Below are positions 1 to 13,751 of a DNA stretch of 64,000 nt, piece after piece (within the stretch, counting starts at the first letter, position 1; every line of letters begins with the position of its first letter). A program made the translations under genes and the position numbers. The notes beneath the pieces are model-generated. The model saw only the letters and a program-made list of their open reading frames with translations. It did not search any database and was not told where the DNA came from. This stretch comes from Podarcis pityusensis (Eukaryota): the NCBI GenBank assembly GCA_964106645.2, contig OZ067047.1. One strand, 5' to 3'.

Positions 1-1333
1 TTATTGTTACTGTTTTTAATTATTCCTTTCTCACCACATCATCATCATTTTACCTAACAATACGTATGGTGCTTTTGAAAAGAACCATGTATGACAGGTT
101 TCTGCCCCAAAAGGCTTACAATCTAAAATAGATGCAGGGTAACTAAGGAAAGTATTGGGAGGAAATGAGCAAGCAACAGATGAATATGTGGTTCTTTCAA
201 TCACATATTCCTTAGCTTAATTCAGTGTGGAGAACCTTAGCCCCCCAGAGGGTTACACAATGTTGTTGAGTTTATGCTTGGTTTTGATAATTCTGAATGA
301 ATGGCTAGTGACTTATCACAAGAATGCTAATGCTCCTTAATAGCTGGGTCTCCCTCTCCAGCCCTTGGAATGGAATACTCCCAGCAGATACTGAGAAGGT
401 GAAATGGTTTAGAGCCAGTTCTGCAGTATGAATTTCAGAGGCAGAGGGTGTGTTGATTTGGCTGAAGCATCCTTGGTGTACAGTTGCACCTTTTGTAGAG
501 TTCACCTCCACTATGTAGCTCTCACCTCCACTATCTGTGGATAGTGGCTTGCCTATCGGTTTTAAAAGCAAATATTACCCAAAAAATTGCCACAATAGTC
601 CTGTGCTCTCTCATTCAAAAGAAACTAATTCTGTAGTGCTGTCCTTGGAACTTCTCAACGCTTGGCAGCGGGGAACATGTAACAATATGCACATTCATTA
701 GTGTCACAGCGTGGGACCAAACTCTGCTTCTCTTTCATTCCCAGAGAGGATGGGCAACGACGTTTTGAAATATGCCAGCTGGAACTCACTAATGCCATAA
801 TGTATGTGATTTCTGTAGATTTATACAGTTTTAGAAGAGTCCTGGTTTTTCATCGGGGGATCCAAAGCCAAACAAACAAGAAGCAATATATGCTAAATAC
901 GGCCTTCCTTTCGATGCTAAATTTCTGTCTTTCAGATGCATTCAAATGATAAAAAAACAGGCAGTACAAACTCTGCATGTTCTAGTGAGGCAACTGTATT
1001 GAGTGTTAATGGGAGGGTTGGAGTTAGAATTTTGAAAACTTTAGCCTGAGCCATCAAGAAGTTTATTTGCTGCATCGTTTTGGGGACAACCAACTACTGT
1101 AAGAAACAATGAATGGGTCCCCGCTCCCTTGCCTTCTCTATTAGAGCCTTCCCTGAGAAACTGGATCAGATATTCATTCTATCCTCTGAAGCAAGATCAG
1201 TGATGGGTGTGGCCTGAAGGGAGTTCCAAGGGGCAGAGAGAGCCTTGGAAGTCTTCATTTGGCTCCCAGGCCAGAGGTTCCCCATTCTTGGCTTATGTAG
1301 ACAAAATAGACAACGGCACCACACATACACAGT

Positions 1334-1844
1334 ACCTGGAGTACTGTGTCCAGTTCTGGGCACCACAGTTCAAGAAGGACACTGACAAACTGGAACGTGT
1401 CCAGAGGAGGGCAACCAAAATGGTCAAAGGCCTGGAAACGATGCCTTATGAGGAACGGCTAAGAGAGCTGGGCATGTTTAGCCTGGAGAAGAGGAGGTTA
1501 AGGGGTGATATGATAGCCATGTTCAAATATATAAAAGGATGTCACATAGAGGAGGGAGAAAGGTTGTTTTCTGCTGCTCCAGAGAAGTGGACACGGAGCA
1601 ATGGATCCAAACTACGAGAAAGAAGATTCCACCTAAACATTAGGAAGAACTTCCTGACAGTAAGAGCTGTTCGACAGTGGAATTTGCTGCCAAGGAGTGT
1701 GGTGGAGTCTCCTTCTTTGGAGGTCTTTAAGCAGAGGCTTGACAACCATATGTCAGGAGTGCTCTGATGGTGTTTCCTGCTTGGCAGGGGGTTGGACTCG
1801 ATGGCCCTTGTGGTCTATTCCAACTCTATGATTCTATGATTCTA
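1334..1844 (+). mobile_element. 5'-truncated CR1 LINE (3' end of ORF2 plus 3' UTR), young
   Basis: [10 protein letters not shown]...[11 protein letters not shown]...[12 protein letters not shown]-type CR1 ORF2 C-terminus open to its stop at 1767; terminal (ATTCTATG)n repeat. Confidence 0.93.
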
Positions 1845-2705
1845 CACTTGCTGGAGGTTGGGGAAAACCCCAAGGTTTGCAGATTTTAAAAAGACAAAAG
1901 GGGACGACGAAAAAAAGAGCACATTGAGGACCAAGTTGTGGAATGCTGACTTGACTATTTCAATGAAAAACTGGATTACCAGGTAAGAGTGGAATGGAGT
2001 CGTATTGCACTACTACAGCTGCCCCCTTTCCCCATTGGTGGCTGGAAAGCTCATGCTATGGTTGCCAGGCTGGTTGGGCTGGTACAGACCAGCTTGGCTC
2101 TTCAGTGCAGTTTGCAAAGACATGCCCCACAGGTTGGTATAGCATTGTGCAGACATATCATGCACTGGGCAGCCGTAGACTGCATGCAGACCACAAAGGG
2201 CACACTTCCCTAACCACAAGAAGTCTGTTGTCTCTTTTTTAAAGTGAATTTGTTGTGCAAGGGCAACAGAGCACTTTAAGCTACTTAAATTACACAGACC
2301 TAAATTTCCAGCTTGTACTTGAATCCCTCCTGCAAAATAACCAGAGTCTGAAAGTGGCCAAAGACTTCACACATGGCACTTGTGACTCCTTTTCTTCCTT
2401 CACACTTGTACCTTTTTTCTGCAGTAATGCTCACTCTGATTTAGCTCAGCTCTAGAGGCCAGGCGATTCTCAGAAACATTTTAGATAATGTCACATGCTC
2501 CTCACTTCCCTGAACTGTGAGTAGTTCAAAAAGCAGCACTGCCAGAATTCGGTTTCATTTGGGGGGGTGTGTGTGTGTGGAGAACTGGAAACTGTGTTTC
2601 TGCAATATTTTGCTTATTTACCATTATACAGGTAGAACATATCTGGGGGCACAGGCACTCCAGAGGGATGCACCTTGCAACTCACTGGGTGCCTCCAGGG
2701 CACAG

Positions 2706-2706
<1 letters not shown>

Positions 2707-2748
<42 letters not shown>
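2707..2748. repeat. (CT)n microsatellite
   Basis: Directly visible. Confidence 0.95.
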
Positions 2749-2751
<3 letters not shown>

Positions 2752-3206
2752 GTTGTCTCTCTGCAACCATTCTTAGCACTATCTGCCCAAGGGAAGCAAG
2801 AGACAATGGTTTAACTTACTTTCTTCTTCTGACACACACTGATGGCTTTTTTAGCCCCAAATATTTCTGAGAGATCTCTGCATCCAGAAACCATCTTCTG
2901 ATAATATGTACCAGGCAGGTAGTATCTGTGTTGTAAATTAATGTGAAATGACAACCTGAAATTAAGTGGTCCAATATGCTTACAAGTCTTTGAGTTGGAT
3001 CCAGCCTAACTAAACTAGTTGCCCTTATGTCCCATGAGAATCCATGTGAAAAAATAATTATGATGACCTGCTTAAATCCCACTGATTGCAAAGGGAATTA
3101 GGTGCAACTATCTAGGCTGGATTTTTCCCAAAACATCTGCACTGGTTGCCCAGAACCCTAGAGCTGTGAATAGTAGATACATATACCTGCACATTTCCCC
3201 CTAGTG

Positions 3207-3329
3207 TAAGGTTACCAGACGTCCCTGTTTCCTGGGGACAGTCCCCAGATGTACAAATCAGTCCCCATACAAAATCCATTGAAGTTGAAAAGTGTCCCTG
3301 GATTCACTGAAAAAAATCTGGTAACCTTA
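3207..3329. mobile_element. hAT-type MITE (123 bp)
   Basis: Perfect 13-bp TIR TAAGGTTACCAGA/TCTGGTAACCTTA; perfect 8-bp TSD CCCTAGTG. Confidence 0.88.
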
Positions 3330-3879
3330 CCCTAGTGACTGTAAGGAAAAAGGGGGCAGGATTTAGTATTATTTCAGCTTAATGTATAGATTAAAGGGTC
3401 TAATACTCTTATTTGGGGGCATTTCAGTAACAGATAACCTATGTATGGCCTTAGGCAGTCATCATTTTACAGAAAATCAGCTTAGCCCACAGGACTCAGT
3501 CTGTGTCTGGGATGTGATATTACAGATTTGAGTTTGGTCTGGCATTCCCAGGAGCACCGTTGAACTCTCCAGCGCTCAGGCCTTCCCTGCCACAACTACC
3601 AATCCTTCAGCACCAAACACTTGCTTGCATGCCTGGTCTCCTCCAGCCCAGTGTCATGTCATGAAGAGCCCTGATGGAGCAGACCAAAAACCCATCTAGC
3701 CCCGGAAGTGGGGAACCTGAAGCAACTAAGGGACTCAAAACTCCCACCAGCCCGAGCCAACAGAGGCCGATGGTCGGGGTGTAAGTGTTGGGAGTTGTAG
3801 TACAGCAACACCTGGTGGACCAAAGTCCCCACCCCCCCCCCTTGATCTCTAGACTTCCCGCTTTCCACAGAAGCCACTT

Positions 3880-4830
3880 CGGTGCTTCCGGGAAGCTCAC
3901 AGACCCGTTTCCCGCGGATGCAGCTGGCGCTGAGCGGCCCGCTGCCTCTGCCCATGGAAGCTCCATTTGGTGTTCCTAAAAATAAACTGCCGCATCTCCA
4001 GCCAGCGCGCTCCGCTGCCGGAGTCCGTCCCCTCTCGGCTGCCGGGGAGCGAGGCATGCCCTCCTGCTCCTGTCCAGCCCGGCGGCCGCGCCGCACCTCC
4101 CTTCGCCCGCCAGACGGGCTTCTCTCCCGGGGCCGCTCCATGAGTAACCGCTCCGGTGGGGTCGGCGCGGGGATCATCATCATCATGGGCGGAGAAGCAG
4201 CGGCGGCGGCGGCAGAGACAGGTCTGAGCAGAGCCCGGCGGTGTGGCTGGGCGAGAGAGGAAGGAGGCGCCCCCCGGGGGTAGGAGGCGAGCCGGGAGCC
4301 GGCAGAGGGAACCTGAGCGCGGGCCCCGGAGCTCAGCCTCCCCGCCCAAGCACGGGGCAAAGGAGCCGCGCCGGGCTGGAAGGCACAGACCCGCCTCGAG
4401 CCGCGCAGGAGCCGCCCGCATCCAACCAAGGCGCGCCCAGCCAGCCTGGCGCGGCTGCCTCTCCGCCCCATCCATGTCCCTCGGCCGGGCCAGGGCGGCG
4501 GCGGCGGCTCCCTGAGCCTGGACCCGCGCCCCGCTGCTCGGCTCGTCGCCCGCCCCGATGTCGGGGCCCCGCAGCGCCTTGCAGGCCTGGTGCCGCCGCC
4601 AGTGCGAGGGCTACCCGGGCGTGGAGATCCGAGACCTCAGCAGCTCCTTCCGGGACGGCCTGGCCTTTTGCGCCATCCTCCATAGGAACCGGCCTGATTT
4701 GCTGTGAGTACCGGGCGAGCGCCTCAGACCCCGACCCCGACCCCACTTCACCGCGCCCCCCTCCGGGACTAGGCCCAGCAGCCGCGCTCTCGCCTGGGCA
4801 AGCAGCCGGCCCGGGGAGTGACTCTTCTGC
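3880..4830. promoter_or_regulatory. CpG island / promoter and 5' UTR of MICALL1
   Basis: Abrupt rise in GC and CpG density around exon 1 in an otherwise CpG-depleted window; boundaries approximate. Confidence 0.85.
4558..4703 (+). CDS. MICALL1: MICALL1 coding exon 1 (CH domain start)
   Basis: ATG 4558; [48 protein letters not shown]; donor CT|GTGAGT. Confidence 0.95.
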
Positions 4831-7800
4831 GGCTGCGGAATGGAGATTTGAAAAGGGGGCAGGGGCGGAACAAGCCGTAGAGAAGGAAGGATTGAAGGAA
4901 GCGCCCTGGCCATGGGGTAGATGTGGGGTAGCCCTCGAGTGGGATTTAGACTCCTTAGGAAAAAGGAGAGGGAGCCCAGGTTGCCACACCTGGCAGGTAG
5001 GAGGGGAAGCCTTCTTGTCAACGGAAACATGCACCAAGTGCACACCTTCTGCTCCATATTAATTGATCCTGAGTGACTTCTGTCCTTTGCTCATTACAGT
5101 TGCCAGTACAAATTAGGGCCTCGCCTCAAAAATGAGAGCCTAGAAAAGGCTGGAAGGAGAGTCCGCCCTTTTAATCCTTCTTTGATCACCCATTGTTGTA
5201 TATAGAGATTAGGGTAGTTAAAACGTGGGAGTAATTAATCTACCTAAAGGTGATCTCATGACCCAGGTTTTGTGTAACCATGGTTTAGCCTGAACAAGCA
5301 GATGTATAAGTTCCTAGACCAAAGATCATAGCCACAACTGCTGTACTATAGCGAGCAAAGCCATGGTATTATGCTTGAACCCGGTCTCGTGGTTCGGTCT
5401 TGCCGCAGAGGCACCGTGCGTTGTAACCAAAGTCTTTTTTTGGTTTATCACTTTTTTGAGAGCAGGAGACAAACCATAAGCCTGAGTCTGGATGGGACAC
5501 TTAAGCCAAACCATGACTTAACTATGGGTAGTGCAGTAGGGCTGGGAGAGGAGCACTATGGCTGCAGTTAGGCTGGGAGGGACTTGCGTATTTGATCATT
5601 CATGCTAAGCCATAGTTTGGCTTAGTTTTACGTGCAAACTAGGCCCATATATAAGGGAATACCGGACAAAGTCCTCAACCCATATCAAGGAAGAGAGGTT
5701 GTAGACTGTTTTTCTGAAGTCTGGGGTCCTTATCAAAGAGGACTTGGAGGGAGCAGATTAAACCTGATAATGGGGCTCCTCTTTGCTTGGGCTGCTCTGA
5801 TGGGAGTGGTGGCCTCAGACTGCCATTGGTATAGCTGCTCTGAAATCATAGAGGAGCTTTCCAGCCAAAAGAGAGGCATCTGATTATTGGGGTGCTGGTG
5901 GTGCCGTCTTAAAATCTGAATGCCAAGATTCATGTGCAACCTTTGATGGTTCAGCTTCCTTATCTAACCCAGTACACTCTGGAGTTTCTTTATCACACAC
6001 CTGGTTGTTGCAAACTGGTTGAGCCTTTTTCTAGAAAGAGAGACAGGTTGCCTTTAATATGTGATAGTGCCAACTTCTCCTGACAATTCAGTATTATCGC
6101 TGCCATTTAGTGTAGTAATTAATACTTCACCTTCTAATCTCATTTTGAAAGCTTCCTGCATTGTCTCAGACAATGTGCTGCTTCCTTCCATATTACTATT
6201 TATAAACATGACTTGTGAATTGCAGCACCGGAGAATAACATCCATAGACAAAAGCAAGAGATTGATGAATGTGACCTAGTTTGTGTCCTTCAGTGACTTC
6301 TGTGCTTGTATTACAATGGACGGTTGCATCTGGTTGCTGCTTCCTTATGATCTGATTAAGTGCTTGGGGAGAAAAATTGGTGCCATTTCAACAGGAAACT
6401 TCCTTATGTATAGCTTTGAGAGTGTTCAAATGCAGTTCTTACTTGGCAAAGGTTGTAATTTAAAATAAAAATTTTAAAAATTAACTAGCATTTCAAATAA
6501 CCATGTAGGTGAGAACTGGGAAACATGACCTTCCAGATGTTGTTGGACCCCATAATCCCTGACCATTGGCCATGCTGCCTGGGGCTGAGGGAGCTGGAGT
6601 CCAACAGTACTGTATCTAGAGGGCCCTGCTGCAGACAGGGGATGGCATTTTTTTTAAAAAAATCTTGAATTAGGACCCTTATGGTAGTTTGGGACAAACA
6701 AAAACACAGTCTAGATACGATAGAAATTGAAAATAGTAAAAATATTATAAAAACAAATTTAACATACAGTTAAAACTCATTAAAAACTTGACCATCATTA
6801 TTTTTAAAGAAGTCTTGTCTGTCAACCGGGAATCTATGAACAAAAGGGCCAACTGAACTTTTGGGAGAGAGAATTCAGCAATTTAGTTACCAGAGTCTTT
6901 TTACTGTTAGCCACACCTCCTTTGGTGGCAGACCAGGGCTACTGATGGTAACAGTAATGGACAGTAGGTTTGTTTTCATCATGCTCTGCCTCAAAGGTTC
7001 CTAGGGCATTTTGCTGACTTCTGCAGGAAACAGATTGCTGGGGGAGATTTTCTAGAAACACGTGAAGTCTCTGGTTTTGATTTTCTTGCAAGGCGGCCTT
7101 ACACAAGCCAGTAGTCTCTCAGCTTCAGACCCTTCCCTCTCTGCTATATGGAATCAAGAATACTGGCCTACCTTACAAAGCCATAAGGATTATTTATTGT
7201 GGTAATGTATGTAAATGGTGTAAAGGTGCGACCTGAAAGTGCATGAGACTTGCTGAAGTCTAAGAAAGTCTGGGCAATTGCCTGGATAGGTGACCATCTG
7301 GGCACCTTATGTACCCTGCATTGGATTCCATAACAGAAGAAAAGCAGAATGTAATTGTTAAAATAAATATTCCCTTCTTATATGTGTGTTATATTATCAT
7401 CATGATTGGCCCTTTTTTATGAGAACATTTGCTACTCTTCAGAACGGAGACTGAATTTTGCTAACACATTATCTTGGTGATTTCTACTCTAATTCTGAGA
7501 TGTTTTCAGTGTAGACACAGAAGGTTAGCTGCTAATTAAATCAGCTTCGGTTTAGCACAGGTCCACACCACATGCGAGAGGGTAAACCCACAACCTGTAG
7601 CAAACAAGGTTTTGTTGCTAGGACATTGTTCTATCTTCACAGGTGGAGAAGTTCTTGCCAAGGGTCTCCATGGAGTGCTGTGTGACATTGATGTGCGATG
7701 ACAGACAGGCATGAGAACAGTGAACAATTCATACACTTTTTAGATGTGTGTGGCAGCTGTTAAGGGTCCAAAAAGCAGCTGTTTAAAGAGCATGTGGCCT

Positions 7801-8359
7801 AAGCACAGCATCTGAACAAGTGGGTCAGAAGAGCTACATTCAGCAGTGGCAAACTTCTCCAAACAGCTTTTCTATCCCATTAAGCAGAAGTCATTGCTGC
7901 TAAATATCCAGGACATAAATCTCTTTTCTAGCAGATGGTCTAACTAAGCACTTCTCAGTTTAGTGAATTATACTGCAGACTTGACACATAGGACCTTACA
8001 AGGACATGGCACGGTAAGAAAGGATTTTCGAAGCAGCATCTAAGGGGAGTGTTGAATCATTTTAACCACTTTAGTATGCCTTGATTTGGAAGCAGGGGAT
8101 CTAAGAGTGGAAAGAACCACTCAAACAGATCAAAAGCAGACCCTCTCTCCTTCCCTTCATATTAATGGGTTCTGGCTGTGGTTGCAAGGTCCTCCACATG
8201 GACTGGCTGTTTCAGCTGAGGCCTTGGAGAACTCAAAGAATCTGCTTAGACCACAGTGAATTCTATAAAAGCCCTGAATGCTCACATGCAGCTGTGCTAT
8301 TAATCATTGCCACAGCTTACACAGACCATATGATCAGGGCTTTGTGTGGTAAAAAGTAA

Positions 8360-8501
8360 TAGAATTGTTGAGTTGGAAGGGACGGTGAGGGTCATCTAGC
8401 TCAACCCCCATTCAGCGCCGCAATCTTTTGCCCAAAGTGGGGCTTGAACCCACAACCCTGAAATTAGGAGCCTCATTCTCTACTGACTGAGCTATCCCAG
8501 C
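8360..8501 (-). mobile_element. tRNA-Lys(CTT)-derived SINE with CR1-derived 3' tail
   Basis: Minus strand of 8430-8501 reads gctgggatagctcagtcagtagag...gggttcaagccccac (A and B boxes, tRNA-Lys-like), followed by gggggttgagctagatgacc...ccttccaactc...attcta resembling the CR1 3' end. Confidence 0.78.
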
Positions 8502-11276
8502 TGCGCTACCACTAAATAAATCAAAACTCCACTAAGGAAAGATTTCTCTGACTTGAATAGAATACTTTTAAATTCTTATTTTGCGTAATTTAGTCTGTAT
8601 GTTTACTGACTTATTCAGCTTGCACTAGTTAAAGGGGAGGAATGTCCTGCCTATTGGCCATGCGAAATCCTGCAGTCATTTTGACCTGAGATTTCACCAA
8701 GGGTTGTCAACATGCTTTTAAGCATGTCTTCACAATCTTATGGACAAGGAACTTGATTTTTTTAAAGTATAGGCTCCAAAGAAGCTGAATTATGTTATTT
8801 TCCCCTTTCCTGCGTACCAGTGTGGAATACACACAGCACTATTTGTAGGGGGCACTGAAACTGCCTTTGTATACATCACTGGTGGTGAACTAGATATGGG
8901 TTGAGGAAGAGGATGATAGACCCCTTCCACCCTCCATCCTCTCTCTGTTCATTGTGGCCATTCAGTGAAGGTGATGTGTGGCAACCCATACGTTCCTTGT
9001 CATTCACTCGCACCTGGAATAAGCCTTGCCCTTTTGTTTTCAGGGTAGTCGCTCCTTTTTCTGACTACACAATGAACCAAAGGAGCCTGGGATCAGACAC
9101 AGCTTTTCAAACCCCGGGCCAGTGAGTTGCATGTTGGTTCAATTTGATCAATGAGCTCTCTCTCTCCTATATCAGTATTAATACCATCCTTGGGCTCAGT
9201 GAAGTTTTCTCTGGGCTGTGGTGCCTCTGTACATGCCAAGCATTAAGTCACCTTTTATATACGAGCAGCTAGTCAATGTTGTGTCCTGGCTGCATATCAT
9301 TCCCATGCTTTATTTTTTTGCATGTGAGATGATGACAGAGGAGGTGTTTCATATTGAGATTAACAAATAAATACATCACAAAGAGAAATCCCTGCTGCTT
9401 TAGAGTTAGCAGCTAGAGGCCCTGGGCCAAACCTGGCTCCTGAGAGGCGCTGCCTGGCTCTCTGTGCTGCCAACCTGGGGACATGATGGATCTAGAGAAA
9501 TCAGCATCTGTGGTACGGGATAGGGATTAAGGCCCATCAGCTCCCCCTCACTTCTCAAAGTGGGTTTCTAACATTATTAGTTGCACAGAGAGAGAAGCTT
9601 GCAGTATCGTATGACCCACTTTTGCTTCTGCGTTGCCTAAACCTGCTCCAGCATTGAGTGGAGCCCCTCCTGGCCGTATCTATGCTGAAATCCCATCCTT
9701 TCTTAGTGAGTAGTTCCTGCAGTTGAGTCTCCATTGGATGGATGAGCTTAAAAGCAGTACTGCTAGGAGGCCTTGCTGGGAAATGCACGAACCTTGCTCG
9801 AATGAGAAAAAAAAGTGTGTTGTCCTCTTGGAGAAAAATGAATGTTCAGCTTCACGTGTCTTTGATTATCCAGTTGTGAACTTCCTCGACTCCGGCTATA
9901 ACTAGCACATTTCACACCGTGTTTCTGAGCTGCTGCTCTCAGCTGCATCTTTTCCTTCACTCTTCCCTCCCTCTTTCACTATTGCTCAGCAAGCTTATGT
10001 TGCTCTAGGAAAGCTCATGCAGAACAGGAGTGCCTTATACTCCATCTTTCCCTGAAGGATCTAGTAGTTAGTCAGTGGCCAGAAGGTTCTTCACTGAGGT
10101 CACTTCAGTAATGGGAATACCCATACCATGCTAGCTAGGTTTGCTTAGGCTGATTTGCAGATCAAACTTTTTGGGGCCTGAAATGGGCATCCCTGAAGCA
10201 GATGCAGTAATGATACTGGGTGGTGCATAAAAAGCAATGTTTACTCTAATGCCGGAATGGCATGAATGAATTCTATTTCTTTACTCTCAGGTCCCTCTTA
10301 TTTCCGGGACCTGCATATAAGGCTAAAAAAGTACACCTTTTTTTCTCTTGAGGGCACTCGCTCAGCAATATGCCAGTGAGATGGCAAAGTTCTCTCTGTG
10401 TTTTGTGTGAGGAGCATTGCTAGGTAGGGCCCACAAACTGAAACTCTTCTTACTTGGCAGTTTTTATAAGTAACATGAATAACAGGAAAAGAAAGACATG
10501 CATAGACCAGACCTACATATGTTTGTTCAGGAAGTTAGCCATATGGAGTTCCTGAGAAAGTATTCATAAGATTTCAGTCAGAGTTAGATTTTGTTATCCT
10601 TAAGTCTACAATTCATAAATTAACACAGGACACGTTGCATAGAATGTAAGTGCTAAAACTCTATGCTTTGCAGGGTTGAATAGGGTAGCAGGAGAACAGA
10701 CTAAATTAAAAATAAAATCCTTGTGCAACTGATGAAATGAATCCATGTGAAGAAAGGGAGCTTAGCCCCATCCTTAATCAAAGTGCTTGTTTTCCTGCAC
10801 ATGAAGCAGCAGGAGGTTGGACTAGATGATGCTCTGGGTCCCTTCCAGCCCTACAATTCTATGATCTTTGACTTCATCTCAGGTCCGTGGAGATGCCTAA
10901 TTAAAGGTTTAAAATACACACACAATTGCTGAGATCATTGGGCAGATGGTGCCATCATAACCAATCATGGTTGCTGTTATGGTGGATGTGCAACAACTCA
11001 GACATTTGCAGATCATGCCCTAGCTTGTTAAGTTTCCTCCTTTGCGAAAGGTACTGGAAATCTTGGCAAATGTTACCTCTTTTGCTGAACAAGCGTCCAC
11101 ACCATTAGCAATTAAGTGCCACTGGGTAGTTTTAGACTCTGGATGTAATGGTCTTACACCCCACCCCCTTTAGGTGGAAGCACTAACTTACTTCACAGTG
11201 TGGCAAACCACAGCCTTCCCCTATGATGCTGTCATTGCTGTACACAAAGTTTTTCTTCAACTACAGGATGCTAGGG

Positions 11277-11528
11277 TAGAGTTGCCATATTTCAAAAAAG
11301 GTTTTTTTGTTTGTTGTTGTTTTGGCCAAAATCTCCCCCCCAAAATTGAAGTTTTTGAGCTGTTTTTTAAAGGAAATTTGCCAAAAACCCAACACTTCTG
11401 ACATGCGTTGCCATACACCCGGGTTTTCCCTGACATTTTTACCGGTTTTGGGAAATTGTGCCCAGATGCTATTTCCAACAGACAAATCCCAGATATGTCC
11501 AGAAAATTCCGGACGTATAGCAGCCCTC
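11277..11528. mobile_element. hAT-type MITE (252 bp)
   Basis: Perfect 8-bp TSD TGCTAGGG; imperfect TIRs tagagttgccatat/gtatagcagccctc. Confidence 0.72.
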
Positions 11529-11999
11529 TGCTAGGGGAAATGTCATGTGTGAAGCAGTCCACATGATGGTATATCCCTATTTGGATAGACTGAAATGTCA
11601 TACGTGTACTGGCTATGAAAATATTGGTGTAGAACTGTACAGTACCTTTGTGGAGCAGCAGTGGAAGTGTTGGTTTTCTTTTGAAAATAATAATAAGAAC
11701 CAAAGCTCACTTTTTATCTTTGGTCGCCCTAAAATCAAGGTTCTACGGCCTGCATTTCCTGCCTTTGTGTTTTGTAAAATGCCGTAGTCGGAAGCTTTCT
11801 TTTCCTGCCTGTAACATCAAGGACAATTAAACTACAAAGATTCTGTGGTTTGAAAAGTGTGCTTTGAAGTGTCTCTATACTAATGGTTACCCAGAGATGC
11901 TGCCTCTCAGATCTCATGTGTGATCTGGTATAGATTGAACTATGCTTCCTGCTCCTCTTGTAACACCTCCTTTATTTATTATTATTATTTTCCTTTCAG

Positions 12000-12048
12000 G
12001 GACTTCAATTCGCTTTCCAAGGACAATGTATACGAGAACAATCGCTTG
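12000..12048 (+). CDS. MICALL1: MICALL1 coding exon 2
   Basis: tttcag| DFNSLSKDNVYENNRL |gtgagt; 49 nt. Confidence 0.95.
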
Positions 12049-12989
12049 GTGAGTCCCTGCCTCTGTCTTCTCTCTTGATTACTTCACTTAATTCTGACGC
12101 CATTCTGGCTTACAGCAGGTTTTGAAAAAATCCCAGGTGCCTGGTTGCCCAGGTGTCTAGAAAATACGATGCTGGTACTCAGATATTTTGGCAGAGGGGA
12201 TTATCCCTCTTATCTCTTCCTACCTAAATATAAATATGTTGATATCCAGCGAGTGAAGATATTGAAGTATAAATAAATATAAATAGTCATTAATTAATAA
12301 TGACTATAGAATCACCCAAAAGATCATCTGCTGTGCCCACCAGGATGATCTTGTGTGCTCCTGTTTTTGTGTTCTTCTAAGTACCCAGGTTCTGCAATTC
12401 ACTCTCTTGCAAATTCCAAATGTTCAATCTATATAAAGAAATGAGGATGTTCCCTTTTCATCTGATGAATGTGAACTGCCTTGTCCAGTAACTACCAGCT
12501 TTTGCTTCTGGAAAGTGTTGGACCTTCAGTTTTCTGTAAAGTTTAAACGGATGTGTGCAAGGCATGTGGACCAAAGTTTTGGATCGTGAGCTGCTTAATG
12601 TTTCTGGGATAGAGATGGGCCTGGCAAGGGGAATTGGTTTGTATAGGAAAAGGAGCAGAAATGAAACTGAAAGCAGCCAGTACTGAAAAGAAGGAAGAAT
12701 GTGTTCACTTAGGCAGTTTGTATGATTTTATCTCAGATTAATAAGCTGAAATCGAATTAGACTTTTGGCTGCACACACAGACTCTTGGATCCTTTCTTCC
12801 TTGTACAAACAATCAAACCGTTAGCTGTAGTTTCCCATTTTGTCTGAACTAGGAAACTATGGTTAATAGCTTCAGAACAAGCTGGAATTATGAAACCTTT
12901 TGGCTAAGTTTTAATCAGTGTAGAGCCATGGAATTTAATGAACATTACTAACTAAGTTGGTGAGGGACAGAAGGGGCTTGGCAACCTGG

Positions 12990-13343
12990 GAAGGCAACCC
13001 ATCTAGGAAGAGGGAAACTCTAATCCTAAACCTCTGCTGTTTTGTGGGATATCTTTGGGAGGAGAAAAAGCTAAGGAGTAAACCCTAGACAAATCTGGAG
13101 TCCCCAAGACGGTTGGATGGTGCCTTTTACACCTCCTTCTGGCAACTCCTGCAGCCAAGCTGGTACCAAACATATTGCTCTGCTTTCCTTTGGACCACAT
13201 CAGCGAGGCCAAGAGGGGGTTTTGTTGCCTGGGCAGTCCAGGACCTCCAGACATACTGCCCAGGTTTGTGTCCCAGGGAGAACATTTCGGTGCTGCTAAC
13301 ACAGCAGTTTGGTTTTACCCTTGGAGGAACACTCCATTGTCTC
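12990..13343 (+). mobile_element. Degraded RTE-type LINE 5' region into which the Gypsy element inserted (continues briefly after 18839)
   Basis: aaggcaacccatctaggaagagggaaactc...aaacc resembles RTE-clade 5' sequence as I recall it; not database-checked. Confidence 0.45.
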
Positions 13344-13751
13344 TGTGATGGGACGATGAGCTGCTTGTGTGTAAAATCCTAGTCCCTCAGAGTTTGGTCA
13401 AGTTTGCAAACCTCTGTCTGTAACGGAGCCCCTTAAACATGGCTCCGTCAGTCGCTGGCAGTTTCCGACAGTGGTTGCTTTCGGAATCGCTTCCAACATA
13501 AAAGCTCCTTAACGGAAACACGTCTTCTGGACTCTCTGCGTGACAGTTTCCGGCGAGGAGTGGGTGTCCCTACAGGAGGTCCTGAAACCTCCCCACTGTT
13601 TTCGCTGGAAGTGTCTCTGAGCCATCCCTCCAGCTCCCTTTCCCTCAGCCCAGCTCCTCTCCCCCTACTGGTTCCCTCTTCAGCTGCTGAGTCTCTCCCA
13701 ACCTGTGTGAGCCCTTTCACTTCCCTTCCTTCCGATGGCAGTTCCCTGACA
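13344..13751 (-). repeat. 3' LTR of the Gypsy element (408 bp)
   Basis: Direct repeat of 18427-18834; preceded on the element strand by a polypurine tract GGAGGGGAGGTGGA (13752-13765). Confidence 0.97.

Noticed and set aside
1207-1767. 186-aa ORF as a host gene
   Set aside because: It is the ORF2 C-terminus of a 5'-truncated CR1 LINE plus fortuitously open flank.
300-2250. Exon-like segments (e.g. 745-801 with AG/GT ends, ~1146-1297, ~1989-2213); possible EIF3L 3' exons by synteny
   Set aside because: No frame gives a protein I recognise, several have stops, and the EIF3L C-terminus is not visible. A translated database search would be needed to revive this.
3607-5062. Cluster of long overlapping ORFs (130-273 aa) on both strands
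   Set aside because: Stop-codon scarcity in a GC-rich CpG island; low-complexity Arg/Ala/Pro/Gly translations. Only 4558-4703 is MICALL1 coding.
8430-8501. Functional tRNA-Lys gene
   Set aside because: Stem mismatches, altered anticodon loop and B-box, and direct fusion to a CR1-like tail indicate a SINE.
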